DNA of 64,000 bases from an uncultured Desulfarculus sp. (lineage in GTDB: Bacteria; Desulfobacterota; Desulfarculia; Desulfarculales; Desulfarculaceae). Where the stretch lies: contig CAXXUK010000001.1 in assembly GCA_963665125.2 (NCBI GenBank), positions 2,976,001-3,040,000 on the forward strand. The letters run 5' to 3'. The position numbers and the translations under genes are program-made. Under the pieces are notes generated by a model, which was not told the DNA's origin, made no database searches, and worked only from the letters and a program-made list of their open reading frames with translations. Below, in pieces: positions 38,473 to 47,962 of the stretch (the stretch's first letter is position 1; each line of letters starts with the position of its first letter).

Positions 38473-39924
38473 TCAGTTCTCCATGCGCCAGGTGGTGCCC
38501 TGGGGCGAGTCCTGCAACACCACTCCCATGGCCGTCAGTTCGTCGCGCACGCGGTCGGCCGTGGCAAAGTCCTTGCTCTTGCGGGCCTCGTTGCGCTGGG
38601 CTATCATGGCCTCGATCTTCTCGGCGTCCACCTCCCCGGCTCCGCCGGCCACGCTCTGGAAGAACTCCTGGGGATCCATACCCAGGATGCCCAGCCTTGC
38701 CCCCAGGTTTTTGAGCCGGGCGGCGCAGAGACCCAACAGGGCGTCGCGGGGGGGCGTTTTTTTCTCCTGGGCCAGCTTGTTGCTGATTCGAGCCAGGGTG
38801 AAAAGCGCGCCCAGGGCCCGGGCCGTGTTGAAGTCGTCGTCCATGCCCGCCTCGAATTCGGCCACCTGGGCCTGAATTTCCTTTAATTGGGGCTGGTCGG
38901 CGGCCTTGATCACCTCATGGATCGGATCAGGAGCCTCTTCCTGGGCGGTTTGCAGAGCCGTGTAGAGCCGCTCCAGTCCCTGGCCGGCTTCCTTGATGGC
39001 GGCGTCGGAGAAATCCAGGGGCGAGCGGTAGTGCTTTGAGAGCAGGAACAGGCGCAGGGCCTCGGGCTTGGCTTCCCCCAGAATATCCTTGATGGTGAAG
39101 AAATTGCCCAAACTCTTGGACATCTTCTCCTGGTTGACCCGCACGAAACCGTTGTGCAGCCAATAGTGGGCAAAAGGCTCGCCGTTGGCCGCCTCGCTCT
39201 GGGCCACCTCGTTCTCATGGTGGGGGAAGACCAGGTCCTCGCCGCCGCCGTGGATGTCAAAGGTGTGGCCCAGGTACTTGCCGCTCATGGCCGAGCACTC
39301 GATATGCCAGCCCGGCCTGCCCGCTCCGAAGGGGCTGTCCCAGCTGGGCTCGCCCGGCTTGGAGGCCTTCCACAAGACAAAGTCCATGGGGCTTTTCTTG
39401 CGCTGGTCCACCTCGACCCTGGCTCCGGCCTGCATGTCTTCGATGTTGCGTCCCGAGAGCTTGCCATAGCCGTCGAAGCTGGGCACGTCGAACAGCACGT
39501 CGCCGCCTTCGACCTGATAGGCGTGGCCCTTGTCCACCAGGGTCTGGATGGTCTGGAGCATCTCGGCGATATGCTCGGTGGCCAAAGGCTCCACCGTGGG
39601 CGGCAGAACGCCCAGGGTATCCATGTCCTCATGGAACGAGTCGATGTATTTTTTGGCCAGGGCGCTCCATTCCATGTCTGTTTCGGCCGAGCGCTTGATG
39701 ATCTTGTCGTCGATGTCGGTGAAGTTGCGCACGTAGGTCACGTCCCAGCCCTTGGACAGGAAATGCCTGACCATGGCGTCAAAGGCCACATAGCAGCGGG
39801 CATGGCCAATATGCGGATCGTCGTAGACCGTGACCCCGCAGACATACATGCTAACCTTGCCGGGCACCAGGGGGACGAACTCTTCCTTGCGTCGGGACTG
39901 GGTGTTGTAAACTACCAAACTCAT
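38473..39924 (-). CDS. cysS: Cysteine--tRNA ligase
   Basis: YVCGVTVY, HIGH, PGWHIECSAM, FPHHENE and KMSKS. Confidence 0.98.
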   Translation of the reverse strand: MSLVVYNTQSRRKEEFVPLVPGKVSMYVCGVTVYDDPHIGHARCYVAFDAMVRHFLSKGWDVTYVRNFTDIDDKIIKRSAETDMEWSALAKKYIDSFHEDMDTLGVLPPTVEPLATEHIAEMLQTIQTLVDKGHAYQVEGGDVLFDVPSFDGYGKLSGRNIEDMQAGARVEVDQRKKSPMDFVLWKASKPGEPSWDSPFGAGRPGWHIECSAMSGKYLGHTFDIHGGGEDLVFPHHENEVAQSEAANGEPFAHYWLHNGFVRVNQEKMSKSLGNFFTIKDILGEAKPEALRLFLLSKHYRSPLDFSDAAIKEAGQGLERLYTALQTAQEEAPDPIHEVIKAADQPQLKEIQAQVAEFEAGMDDDFNTARALGALFTLARISNKLAQEKKTPPRDALLGLCAARLKNLGARLGILGMDPQEFFQSVAGGAGEVDAEKIEAMIAQRNEARKSKDFATADRVRDELTAMGVVLQDSPQGTTWRMEN

Positions 39925-39951
39925 TGCATTCTCCGACCGTATCGGCCCGGT

Positions 39952-41124
39952 TTAAACATTATCTACGGGGATTATCACCGCCGTGGCCGTGGCGCTCATG
40001 CCTTCAAACCGGCCAATGGGCCCAAGGCCCTCGGTGGTGGTTGCCGCCACATTGACCTCGCCGGGCTCAATGCCCATGGCCAGGGCCAGGTTCTGGCGCA
40101 TGGCCTGGGTGTAGGGCGCGATCTTGGGCGCTTCGGCTATCAGTTGTACCGTAACCTGGGCCGGACGCCAGCCCTCTTTGGCCAGAACCAGGCGCACCCG
40201 CTTGAGCAGTTCGATGCTGCTTATGCCCTTGTACTGGGGATCGTTGTCCGGAAAGAGCCCGCCGATATCACCCAAGCCGGCGGCGGCCAATAGAGCGTCC
40301 ATCACCGCGTGGGTCAAAACATCGGCGTCGGAGTGGCCCTTCAGGCCCATGGGGTGGTTGATCCGGACCCCACCCAGAACCAAGGCGTAGTGTGGCATCA
40401 GGATATGGTAATCAATACCGATTCCCACCCGCTGGGCCAAGCCTCCGACCAGCCCCCTGGCCAGGCGCAGGTCTTCCGGCGTGGTGATTTTCATGTTATC
40501 CCTCCGGCCCATGACCAGTTTTACATCATGGCCCATGGCCTCTATAAGCCCGGCCTCGTCCGTGGCCTCGATCCCCTGTTCGGCGGCCTGGCCCAGGGCC
40601 CGTTTAAGCAGGGCCGCGTCAAAGGCCTGGGGCGTTTGAACCTGCCACAGGGTTGAGCGGTCCTCGGTGCATTGGACCATTTCGCCGGGCCCGGCCCGCT
40701 TGATGGTGTCCACGGCCGGGCAGGCGGCCACTGCCGCGCCATGGGCCTTGGCCGCTTCCAACACCTGGTCGAACAGTTCCGGCCGGGCAAAGGGCCGCAC
40801 CCCGTCATGGATCACCACCCATTTGGCGCCCAGGGCCAGGGCCTGGCTGAGTCCAGCGGCCACGCTGTCCTGACGCAGCTTGCCCCCCGCCGTGAGGGCC
40901 TTGATCTTTTTCAGGCCCAGGGGCGCGATGCATTGGTCCCGCACCGCGTCTTCCTGGCCCGCCGGACAAACCACGACAATGCCTTCGATGCACTGGGCCG
41001 CTTCGGCGGCGGCCAGGGCATGGGCCAGGATGGGCCTGCCACCCAGGAACAGGAACTGTTTGGCCCTGTCGGCGCCCATGCGGCGGCCGGCGCCCGCGCC
41101 GGCGATTATGGCTATTGTTTCCAC
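39952..41124 (-). CDS. ispDF: Bifunctional IspD/IspF (MEP pathway)
   Basis: AGAGRRMG..KQF, IHDGVRP, VQTPQAF and KITTPEDL, then GIGIDYH, GHSDADVLTHA, DIGGLFP and TTTEGLG; GTG start at 41124. Confidence 0.93.
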   Translation of the reverse strand: METIAIIAGAGAGRRMGADRAKQFLFLGGRPILAHALAAAEAAQCIEGIVVVCPAGQEDAVRDQCIAPLGLKKIKALTAGGKLRQDSVAAGLSQALALGAKWVVIHDGVRPFARPELFDQVLEAAKAHGAAVAACPAVDTIKRAGPGEMVQCTEDRSTLWQVQTPQAFDAALLKRALGQAAEQGIEATDEAGLIEAMGHDVKLVMGRRDNMKITTPEDLRLARGLVGGLAQRVGIGIDYHILMPHYALVLGGVRINHPMGLKGHSDADVLTHAVMDALLAAAGLGDIGGLFPDNDPQYKGISSIELLKRVRLVLAKEGWRPAQVTVQLIAEAPKIAPYTQAMRQNLALAMGIEPGEVNVAATTTEGLGPIGRFEGMSATATAVIIPVDNV

Positions 41125-41288
41125 GGCAAATCCCCTAGAGGGATGCATTACCTGAAGGCGATCGGCGGTAATACATGAGTCCTAGTCATTTTGATACCCT
41201 GCGGCTTGTCGCGAAGTTGTTGTTTTGTCCGCAAGTGTTTGCTAGGCCAATCTTATTACCGCAATACGCCGATGGCAAGGGGTTCTAT

Positions 41289-41408
41289 TTTCTTGTTACT
41301 CTGGCCATCCTTGGCCAGAGTAACAGCGCCCCGGACGGACTAAATCCGATCCGGGGCTCACGACGCGTGGCTAACGCGCCGCGCCGGGTCGGCCATCCAT
41401 GGCCGACA
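41289..41408 (+). repeat. Dispersed ~120-bp multi-hairpin element, copy A
   Basis: About 105/120 nt identical (hand alignment) to the reverse complement of 54335..54453; three hairpins. Confidence 0.9.
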
Positions 41409-41629
41409 TCCCATATCGTGCAATATCGCAAAAATGAAGCGCCCGGTCGGGGCCACGGGCGTTTATTGGGGCAGTGAGTGCTGCCCGCGATATGGGAGCG
41501 CAAGCCCGGAGGCCGCAAAGCTTATGTTTCCACAGAGGGCAGCGTGCAGTGTCCGGTCATACGCGGATGGCCCCGGACAAGCCATGAAGAGACTCGACCG
41601 GGGCCATAGTTATATACGCTTATAGAACC

Positions 41630-43801
41630 TTATTTCTTGAAGGCGGCCGACGCCTTCACCGTCTTGCCCGGCGTCACCTGCAACCCCTTGACTGTCACCG
41701 GCTTGACGTCAGATTCGTCCGGGAGGGTGAAGACCACGTCATAGGTTCCCGGCGCGATGAAAACCTTTTCATCTTCCTCCTGGCCGATATAACCCGTGCC
41801 CACGATATCCTGGCTGTCCGCCGCCAGGATGTCATAGGCGGCCTCGCCGGGCCTGCCGTTGACCGTGACCCTGCATGACAAAACGCCCCTGACCAAATTG
41901 GCCGTGGCCTTGGCCGGCGCGCCTGTTGACACCTGGACGCCCCGGACAAAGACCGGTTTGTCGGCAACGGTGTCTTGCAGCACGAATTTCAGGTCATATT
42001 GGCCAAGGGGCAGTTCCACCACTTCCCTTTCGCCCTGGCTAATGTAACCGCTGCTGATGGAGTCCTCGCTGCCTGCGGGCATGACGTCATAGGCGGCCTC
42101 GCCAGACTTGCCGTTGACCATGGCGACGACCAGCAGCTTGCCCTGGCCGAATTCGCCCACGGCCTTGGCCGGAGCGCCGGGGCTCACCTTGACGCCGCGC
42201 ACCACCACCGGCACGGAACCGGCGGTGTTGGGAGTGCTGAATCTAATGTCGTATTCGCCCGGCGGCAGATCAATCACTTCCTTCTCGCCGGGACTGACGT
42301 AACCGCCCCGGATGGAGTCTTCGCTGCCCGCGGGCATGATGTCATAGGCGGCCTCGCCAGGCTTGCCGTTGATTATGGCGCCGAGCATGAGCTTGCCCTG
42401 GCCGAACTCGCCCACGGCCTTGGCCGGAGCGCCGGGAGACACCTTGACGCCGCGCACCATTATCGGAACGGAACCGGCCGTGTCGGGCGTGCTGAATTTG
42501 ATGTCGTACTCGCCCGGCGGCAGATCCACCACTTCCTTCTCGCCGGGACTGACGTAACCGCCCCGAACCACGTCCCCGGTTCCGGCAGCCATGATGTCGT
42601 AGGAGGCCTCGCCAGGCTTGCCGTTGACTATGGCGCTGAGCATGAGCTTGCCCTGGCCGAACTCGCCCACGGCCTTGGCCGTAGCGCTAGGCGACACCTT
42701 GACGCCGCTGACCATCACCGGCACGGAACCGGCCGTGTTGGGAGTGCTGAATTTCACGTCGTACTCGCCCGGCGGCAGCGCAACCACTTCCTTCTCATTG
42801 GGATTGACGTAACCGCCCCGGATCACATCCTCGGCTCCGGCGGCCATGATGTCATAGGCGGCCTCGCCGGGTTTGCCGTTGATTATGGCGCTGAGGGCCA
42901 GATGGCCCACCGAGAAGTCGAACTCCTTTTTCTGGTCCGCTTGTTCCATGACAAGCTCTGCCGTCTGTTGTTGGCCTGTTTCCGGCTCAACCACGGTCAG
43001 TTCATAGGAGCCGGGCTCCAGTGGGATCCCCTCAGGATCATCGGCCTGGATCGTAATGGAGAACAGTTCATTGCCGTCCTTGGCCACATCCACCCGCACC
43101 ACCGCCGGTTTGCCGTTCACGCGGCCCTGGGCAATCAGGACGGCCAGTTTCTTGGACGATGACGAGGCCACGGCCTGTTTGGCCGCCAGCTTCAGCTGAC
43201 CGGCGCTGGAGGCGGGCAGATACATGCCGCCTCCGGCCTTGGCCATGCATTCAAGCTGCTGACGCTCATCCTTGCCCACGTCAAAGCCGATGACGTGCAG
43301 CACAAAGGCGATGCCTTTTTTCTTCAGTTCCGCAACCATCTGGCAGGGGTCGCCCTCGCAGCTTTCCTTGCCATCGCTGACCAGGATGATCGTAACCTGG
43401 CCCCCGGTCTTCTTCAGTCCCTGGGCCGCCTGGATCACCGAGGCGGTCAGCGGGGTCTTGCCCTTGGGCGAAATCCCGGCCACGGCGTCGAGCAGCTGCT
43501 TTTTGTCCAGCGGGGCCACGGGCACAACCGTTTCCACATCGGCGCAGTCGCCCTTTCGGCGATGGCCATAGGCCATCAGGCCCACCTGCAAATTGTCCGG
43601 CAGGTCCGCGACGATCCCGGCCATGGCCTCCTTGGCGATGGCTATTTTGGGCTGGCCGTCTATCTGGCCCCACATGCTGCCCGAGGCGTCAAGAATGAAA
43701 AAGACCGTATCCTGGGCCGCTTGGGCCACTTGCCCGAAGGCCGCGGCCAGCGACAGCGCCACGGCGAAAAGCAAAATCCGTATGGACCTGTAGTTTTTCA
43801 T
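41630..43801 (-). CDS. Secreted VWA-domain protein with tandem 85-aa beta repeats
   Basis: Signal peptide; MIDAS DASGS..T..SDG; GDPC; C-terminal repeats containing LPPGEYDIKF. Confidence 0.9.
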   Translation of the reverse strand: MKNYRSIRILLFAVALSLAAAFGQVAQAAQDTVFFILDASGSMWGQIDGQPKIAIAKEAMAGIVADLPDNLQVGLMAYGHRRKGDCADVETVVPVAPLDKKQLLDAVAGISPKGKTPLTASVIQAAQGLKKTGGQVTIILVSDGKESCEGDPCQMVAELKKKGIAFVLHVIGFDVGKDERQQLECMAKAGGGMYLPASSAGQLKLAAKQAVASSSSKKLAVLIAQGRVNGKPAVVRVDVAKDGNELFSITIQADDPEGIPLEPGSYELTVVEPETGQQQTAELVMEQADQKKEFDFSVGHLALSAIINGKPGEAAYDIMAAGAEDVIRGGYVNPNEKEVVALPPGEYDVKFSTPNTAGSVPVMVSGVKVSPSATAKAVGEFGQGKLMLSAIVNGKPGEASYDIMAAGTGDVVRGGYVSPGEKEVVDLPPGEYDIKFSTPDTAGSVPIMVRGVKVSPGAPAKAVGEFGQGKLMLGAIINGKPGEAAYDIMPAGSEDSIRGGYVSPGEKEVIDLPPGEYDIRFSTPNTAGSVPVVVRGVKVSPGAPAKAVGEFGQGKLLVVAMVNGKSGEAAYDVMPAGSEDSISSGYISQGEREVVELPLGQYDLKFVLQDTVADKPVFVRGVQVSTGAPAKATANLVRGVLSCRVTVNGRPGEAAYDILAADSQDIVGTGYIGQEEDEKVFIAPGTYDVVFTLPDESDVKPVTVKGLQVTPGKTVKASAAFKK
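41633..42907 (-). repeat. Five intragenic 255-bp tandem repeats
   Basis: Period 255 nt (antisense shadow ORFs at 42108, 42363 and 42618); central units are near-identical at DNA level. Confidence 0.9.
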
Positions 43802-44103
43802 AAATTGAGCTTCATCCTTTTTTGAACATCGAAAACACCGGCAAGGACCTGGCCGCCGGACCATGAAAACCCGCCCGGATCGCGGCGAATGATTCACCGG
43901 CCAAATGCGGATTTTAGATTATATTCAAAGGCCTTATTGACCGTCAAACAATCTCGTTGCCGGATTTTATTTTAGGATTGATTTGCCCGCGAAAGGCGTG
44001 ACGCGGGTACGGATAACGGGCCGAGGCCGCCCCCGATATTTGGAGTCATGCAATACAAGGAGCTTAAAGAGAACCCTCGCCGCTAAAAAAAAGGCCGCGA
44101 AGG

Positions 44104-44301
44104 CTACTTTCGATTGCGCATGGCCTCTGAAATATAGGCGGCTCCGACCACCAGGGCAGCAAGAGTCAGGGCGATGAACCAGTCCGTGCCCGAAGTCAGG
44201 GCCTTGGCAATCGGCTGTTTGCTCAGAAAAGCCAGATCCAGGAACCATCCGCCGACCAGACCCAGAGCGGCCCTGATCAGAAAAACCACACCTCTATTCA
44301 T
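44104..44301 (-). CDS. Small 2-TM membrane protein
   Basis: GGGAGG RBS; IRAALGLVGGWFL...LAALVVGAAYISEAMRNRK. Confidence 0.65.
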   Translation of the reverse strand: MNRGVVFLIRAALGLVGGWFLDLAFLSKQPIAKALTSGTDWFIALTLAALVVGAAYISEAMRNRK

Positions 44302-44387
44302 TTGGCCCAAACCTCCCGTAGCGTTGGTCTAGGCCAATTTACCCACCCGGAGGCATTATTACAAGCGCCGTATTGCCTTCATTCCCA

Positions 44388-45224
44388 TTAGGGCAGGTTC
44401 TCCACGAAATCCCGTATCTTGGCAAAATAGGCATCCTCATCGATCAGGTAGGTGTTGTTGTGGCCCGCCCCCTCCAGGGTCACGAACTCCTTGGGAGCCG
44501 GCGCGGCCATGAACAAACGGCGCCCCAGGGCCATGGGCACTATGTCGTCGCTGTCGCCATGGAAAAACAGGATCGGGCACTTCACGCCGGCGATCTTGCG
44601 GCGGGCGTTGAAACGGCTGCGCAGCCACTTGTCCGGAAGCGGCAACGGGAAATGCAGACGGGCCATGGCCCCGAGATTGGTAAAGGTCGATTCCAAAACC
44701 AGCCCGGCGCAGCCGCATTGGGCCGCCACGTGAACGGCGGCGATGCCACCCAGGGAACGGCCGAAGATTACGAGCTTGTCACCATTTTTTTCGGCCCTGA
44801 TCCGGGCCACCGACCACGCCGCCTCGGCGTCTCGGTACAGGCTGTCCTCGCTGGGCCGCCCCCGGCTCTTGCCGTAGCCCCGGTAATCGAAGATCAACAC
44901 GCTGATTCCGTTGCGGTTCAGGCGCATGATGTTGTCGACCCGGTCGCCTATATTGCCCGCGTTGCCGTGGCAAAACAGCATCAGCGTCCGGCTGCCCGCG
45001 CAGGGCACGTACCATCCGTGCAAGCGGACTCCTCCGGCCGATTCGAACCACACGTCGTCGTACTTCATGCCGAAATCCGCCGGAGTAAAGTTGAGGTGCT
45101 TTTCCGGGTAGAAAATCTGGCTTTCGACTAGCTTTTGCCACCCGCTCAACCATGTAGCCATAAGAGCCACTCCCAGCGCGGTGATGGCTCCAAACCACCA
45201 CCAACGTGCTATTATGTTCGACAT
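44388..45224 (-). CDS. Alpha/beta hydrolase (ABHD13/YfhR-like)
   Basis: N-terminal TM; HGNAGNI, DYRGYG, GRSLGG (Ser), HGDSDDIV and GAGHN. Confidence 0.92.
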   Translation of the reverse strand: MSNIIARWWWFGAITALGVALMATWLSGWQKLVESQIFYPEKHLNFTPADFGMKYDDVWFESAGGVRLHGWYVPCAGSRTLMLFCHGNAGNIGDRVDNIMRLNRNGISVLIFDYRGYGKSRGRPSEDSLYRDAEAAWSVARIRAEKNGDKLVIFGRSLGGIAAVHVAAQCGCAGLVLESTFTNLGAMARLHFPLPLPDKWLRSRFNARRKIAGVKCPILFFHGDSDDIVPMALGRRLFMAAPAPKEFVTLEGAGHNNTYLIDEDAYFAKIRDFVENLP

Positions 45225-45376
45225 AGTAATATGGTAGCACAATCGAACATGCCGCAACTGAACATGATTTTCGCAAAGGTGGCGTTTTTTTCCCGAAACG
45301 TTGCGGCCTGGCTATAAGAATGGCCTATATTGCACGTCATTGCCCATAGATACACCATATAGCAAAGGTGGAAGCA

Positions 45377-46396
45377 ATGTTGCGCCGTATGATCATCCTC
45401 AGCTTTGTCGCTCTTATTGTCTGCCTCATGCCGGCGGCCGCCCAGGCCAACCTGCAATGGCGAAAATGGCAGGACCCCAAGGAAGGGGCCTTCAGCATCA
45501 ACGTCCCCGCCGGTTGGCGGGTTGAGGGAGGCCTGGTCCGCAACGCCCCTCTGGACGTGCGGCTCGATGTCCTGGTGAGCAGCCCCGATGGTCTGGTGCA
45601 GATCCGCATCGGTGACGCGATGATACCGCCCTTTGTCGTGCCAACCCAGTTGCTGGCTCAGGCTGGTTTTGCGGAAGGCCGTTGGTACAGCCCCGGCTAT
45701 GGGGTCAATTTTTTGGTCCAGCGTTATCTGCCCGCTTCATATTTCATGACCCAATGGTATTTGCCCCAGCAGGTGGGGCACATCCAAAACGTGCTGGTCC
45801 GCGTGCATCGGGCCCAGGCCCAGCAGATATCCCAGAAACTGAGCCAGAATGGCATCCAGGTGCGGGTCGACATGGCCGACATGACCTTTCAGACAAGAAC
45901 CAACCAAGGGCAATACAACGGATATGCCATGATCCAGACAAAGCTGGTCAGCATGCCCGGCTCCCAGGGGGCTACTTGGGAAGTAAGCAAAATGACCGCG
46001 TACTTGGCCGATCCCCGGGCCGAAGCCCTGGCGGCCGCGGTATACTCCGGCGTTGTGGGCGGTTTTCAGTGGAACCCACAGTGGTACGCCCGCCAATTGC
46101 AGATCATTGGCGCATCCAGCGAAATCATCCACCAGGCGGACAACGAGATACTAAAGATCATCCAGGATGTAATCAAAAACCGCCAGCAGGCCTTTGACCG
46201 GGCCAATAAAAAATGGGACGAATACATCCGAGGCACCCGCACGATCATCGGCCCGGATGGCAAGCCGCACGAGGTGCAGGACGGCTTTGACAAGTACATC
46301 ATGACGCCCGACGGCCAGATATACGGACAAAACCACGACATGACGGGCGAAAACTACGTCATCGGCCAGGACGGCAACCGCTACAAGATCGAATAG
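45377..46396 (+). CDS. Secreted hypothetical protein
   Basis: Signal peptide ending AQA; DPKEGAFSINVPAGW; C-terminal WDEYIRG..DG motif. Confidence 0.75.
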   Translation: MLRRMIILSFVALIVCLMPAAAQANLQWRKWQDPKEGAFSINVPAGWRVEGGLVRNAPLDVRLDVLVSSPDGLVQIRIGDAMIPPFVVPTQLLAQAGFAEGRWYSPGYGVNFLVQRYLPASYFMTQWYLPQQVGHIQNVLVRVHRAQAQQISQKLSQNGIQVRVDMADMTFQTRTNQGQYNGYAMIQTKLVSMPGSQGATWEVSKMTAYLADPRAEALAAAVYSGVVGGFQWNPQWYARQLQIIGASSEIIHQADNEILKIIQDVIKNRQQAFDRANKKWDEYIRGTRTIIGPDGKPHEVQDGFDKYIMTPDGQIYGQNHDMTGENYVIGQDGNRYKIE

Positions 46397-46408
46397 CCGC
46401 CGGGGAGC

Positions 46409-47899
46409 TTATTTGGCCCCCGGGCCCTGATGGCCAATCTGCTCTTTTAGTTTATTTTTTTCGTGCTCATGCTCCAGAGCCATCTTGTAGGAAACGTAAA
46501 TCGTATTGATTTTACGGACATAGCGCACAGGTTCGCTGCTCACCTTGCGCTGGGTGGCCACCTCGGTTTCCAGGAACCAGATATCCGGGTTGTAGCCCAT
46601 ATCGTCGGCCATGCTTCGGATGCGGCTGAGCCTGGTGGGCCCGGCGTTGTAGGCCGCCAGGGCAAAGCGGATCTGCTCGTCGGGGTTCAGTTTCTTGTCG
46701 CCAAAATAAGTATCGCGGATCAGGGCCAGGTATTTGACTCCGGCGTGGACGTTATTTTCCGGATCCTGCAGGTCCTTGATTCCCACGCGTTCGTCGTCGG
46801 CCAGGGAAGGCAAAAGCTGCATGATGCCGATGGCCCCGGCGTGGGACTTGGCATTGGGGTCGAAACCCGACTCCACAAAGGCCTGGGCGGCGATCAACAC
46901 CGGGTCTATGCCGTACATTTCGCCGTACTTAATGAACCATTTGCGGTATTTCTGCCATTCCTCGCGAGCCCTGGCCTCGTTGGGGTTCTTGATCCACTTG
47001 GTGTCTTTGAAGTAGCGGTTAAAGAAAATATTGCCCAGCTTGGTGCCCTTTTTATGGGTGGCCATGAACTTGTCAAGGCTGGCCTTGAGCTTGGGGCTGT
47101 CCTTGCGGACCATCCAGGCCAACTCGCCGCCGGTGGCCACGGCCAGGTTTTTCTGCACAGTGATGTCGGGCATCACCTGACTCCAAAGGTCGGCTATCTG
47201 GGAGTCGGCAATGGTGATATCGACGATGCCGGCGTTGACCATCTCCAGGATGTCCTCGGTGGCCAGGGTTTCGTCCACCGGCTGAATCTTCACGGGTTTG
47301 AGTTTCTTGGCCTTCAGATCCTTGTTCAGTTTGACCAGGCTTTGGTAATAGCTGCTGGACTTGCGCACGTACACGTTACGTCCGGAAAGGTCATCGAGAG
47401 TTTTCAGGTCCTTGACCGACTTGTTCGTAACCACCAGTTCACTGACATCGCTGAGATAGGGCGTGGTGAAGGCAATTTTCTTGGCCCGCTCCGGAGTGAT
47501 GGTCTTGCCCGCGGCCACGATATCCACACTTCCCTCGTTGAGGGCAGAAATGGCCTCGTCGGCGTGCAAGAGGATATAGACCATGCTCACCGGGTGTTTT
47601 TTCTCTTTTTTCAGCCTGTCGTTGAGGTTTTTGGCATATTCCTCCACCAAATTGTATTCAAAGCCCTTTTTCTGGCCTGCCGAGAAAAAGAAGTTGGTTT
47701 GCGAATACACCGTACCCACCCTGATGGCGGTCTTATCGATCAGTTGGGGCAGATCGTACTTGAAACGCTTTTCCAAAAAACCGGCCATCAAGGTGTCATT
47801 TTCAAGCAGTTTTTCCATATCATCGCAATTGCCGGGCGCCGCGTAAAAAGCCATAACCAGCATTGCCGTCAGCAGGCCAATGAAAAACCTTTTGGACAT
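46409..47899 (-). CDS. MltF-like lytic transglycosylase (SBP domain + SLT domain)
   Basis: GFEY..DIVAAG.TIT.ER..FTTPY; SLT motifs AQAFVESGF..GAIGIMQL and ALAAYNAGP. Confidence 0.9.
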   Translation of the reverse strand: MSKRFFIGLLTAMLVMAFYAAPGNCDDMEKLLENDTLMAGFLEKRFKYDLPQLIDKTAIRVGTVYSQTNFFFSAGQKKGFEYNLVEEYAKNLNDRLKKEKKHPVSMVYILLHADEAISALNEGSVDIVAAGKTITPERAKKIAFTTPYLSDVSELVVTNKSVKDLKTLDDLSGRNVYVRKSSSYYQSLVKLNKDLKAKKLKPVKIQPVDETLATEDILEMVNAGIVDITIADSQIADLWSQVMPDITVQKNLAVATGGELAWMVRKDSPKLKASLDKFMATHKKGTKLGNIFFNRYFKDTKWIKNPNEARAREEWQKYRKWFIKYGEMYGIDPVLIAAQAFVESGFDPNAKSHAGAIGIMQLLPSLADDERVGIKDLQDPENNVHAGVKYLALIRDTYFGDKKLNPDEQIRFALAAYNAGPTRLSRIRSMADDMGYNPDIWFLETEVATQRKVSSEPVRYVRKINTIYVSYKMALEHEHEKNKLKEQIGHQGPGAK

Positions 47900-47962
47900 G
47901 AGTCCCTCCCTAAAGGCCGAGTTTGTTCAACAAGTGAAACTTCCAGTGAAAAGGCTGCTGTT

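Noticed and set aside
41490..41560. GGCCGCAAAGC resembling a c-di-GMP-I riboswitch core
   Set aside because: No upstream GGCAAAC..GAAA stem, and no downstream gene in the matching orientation.
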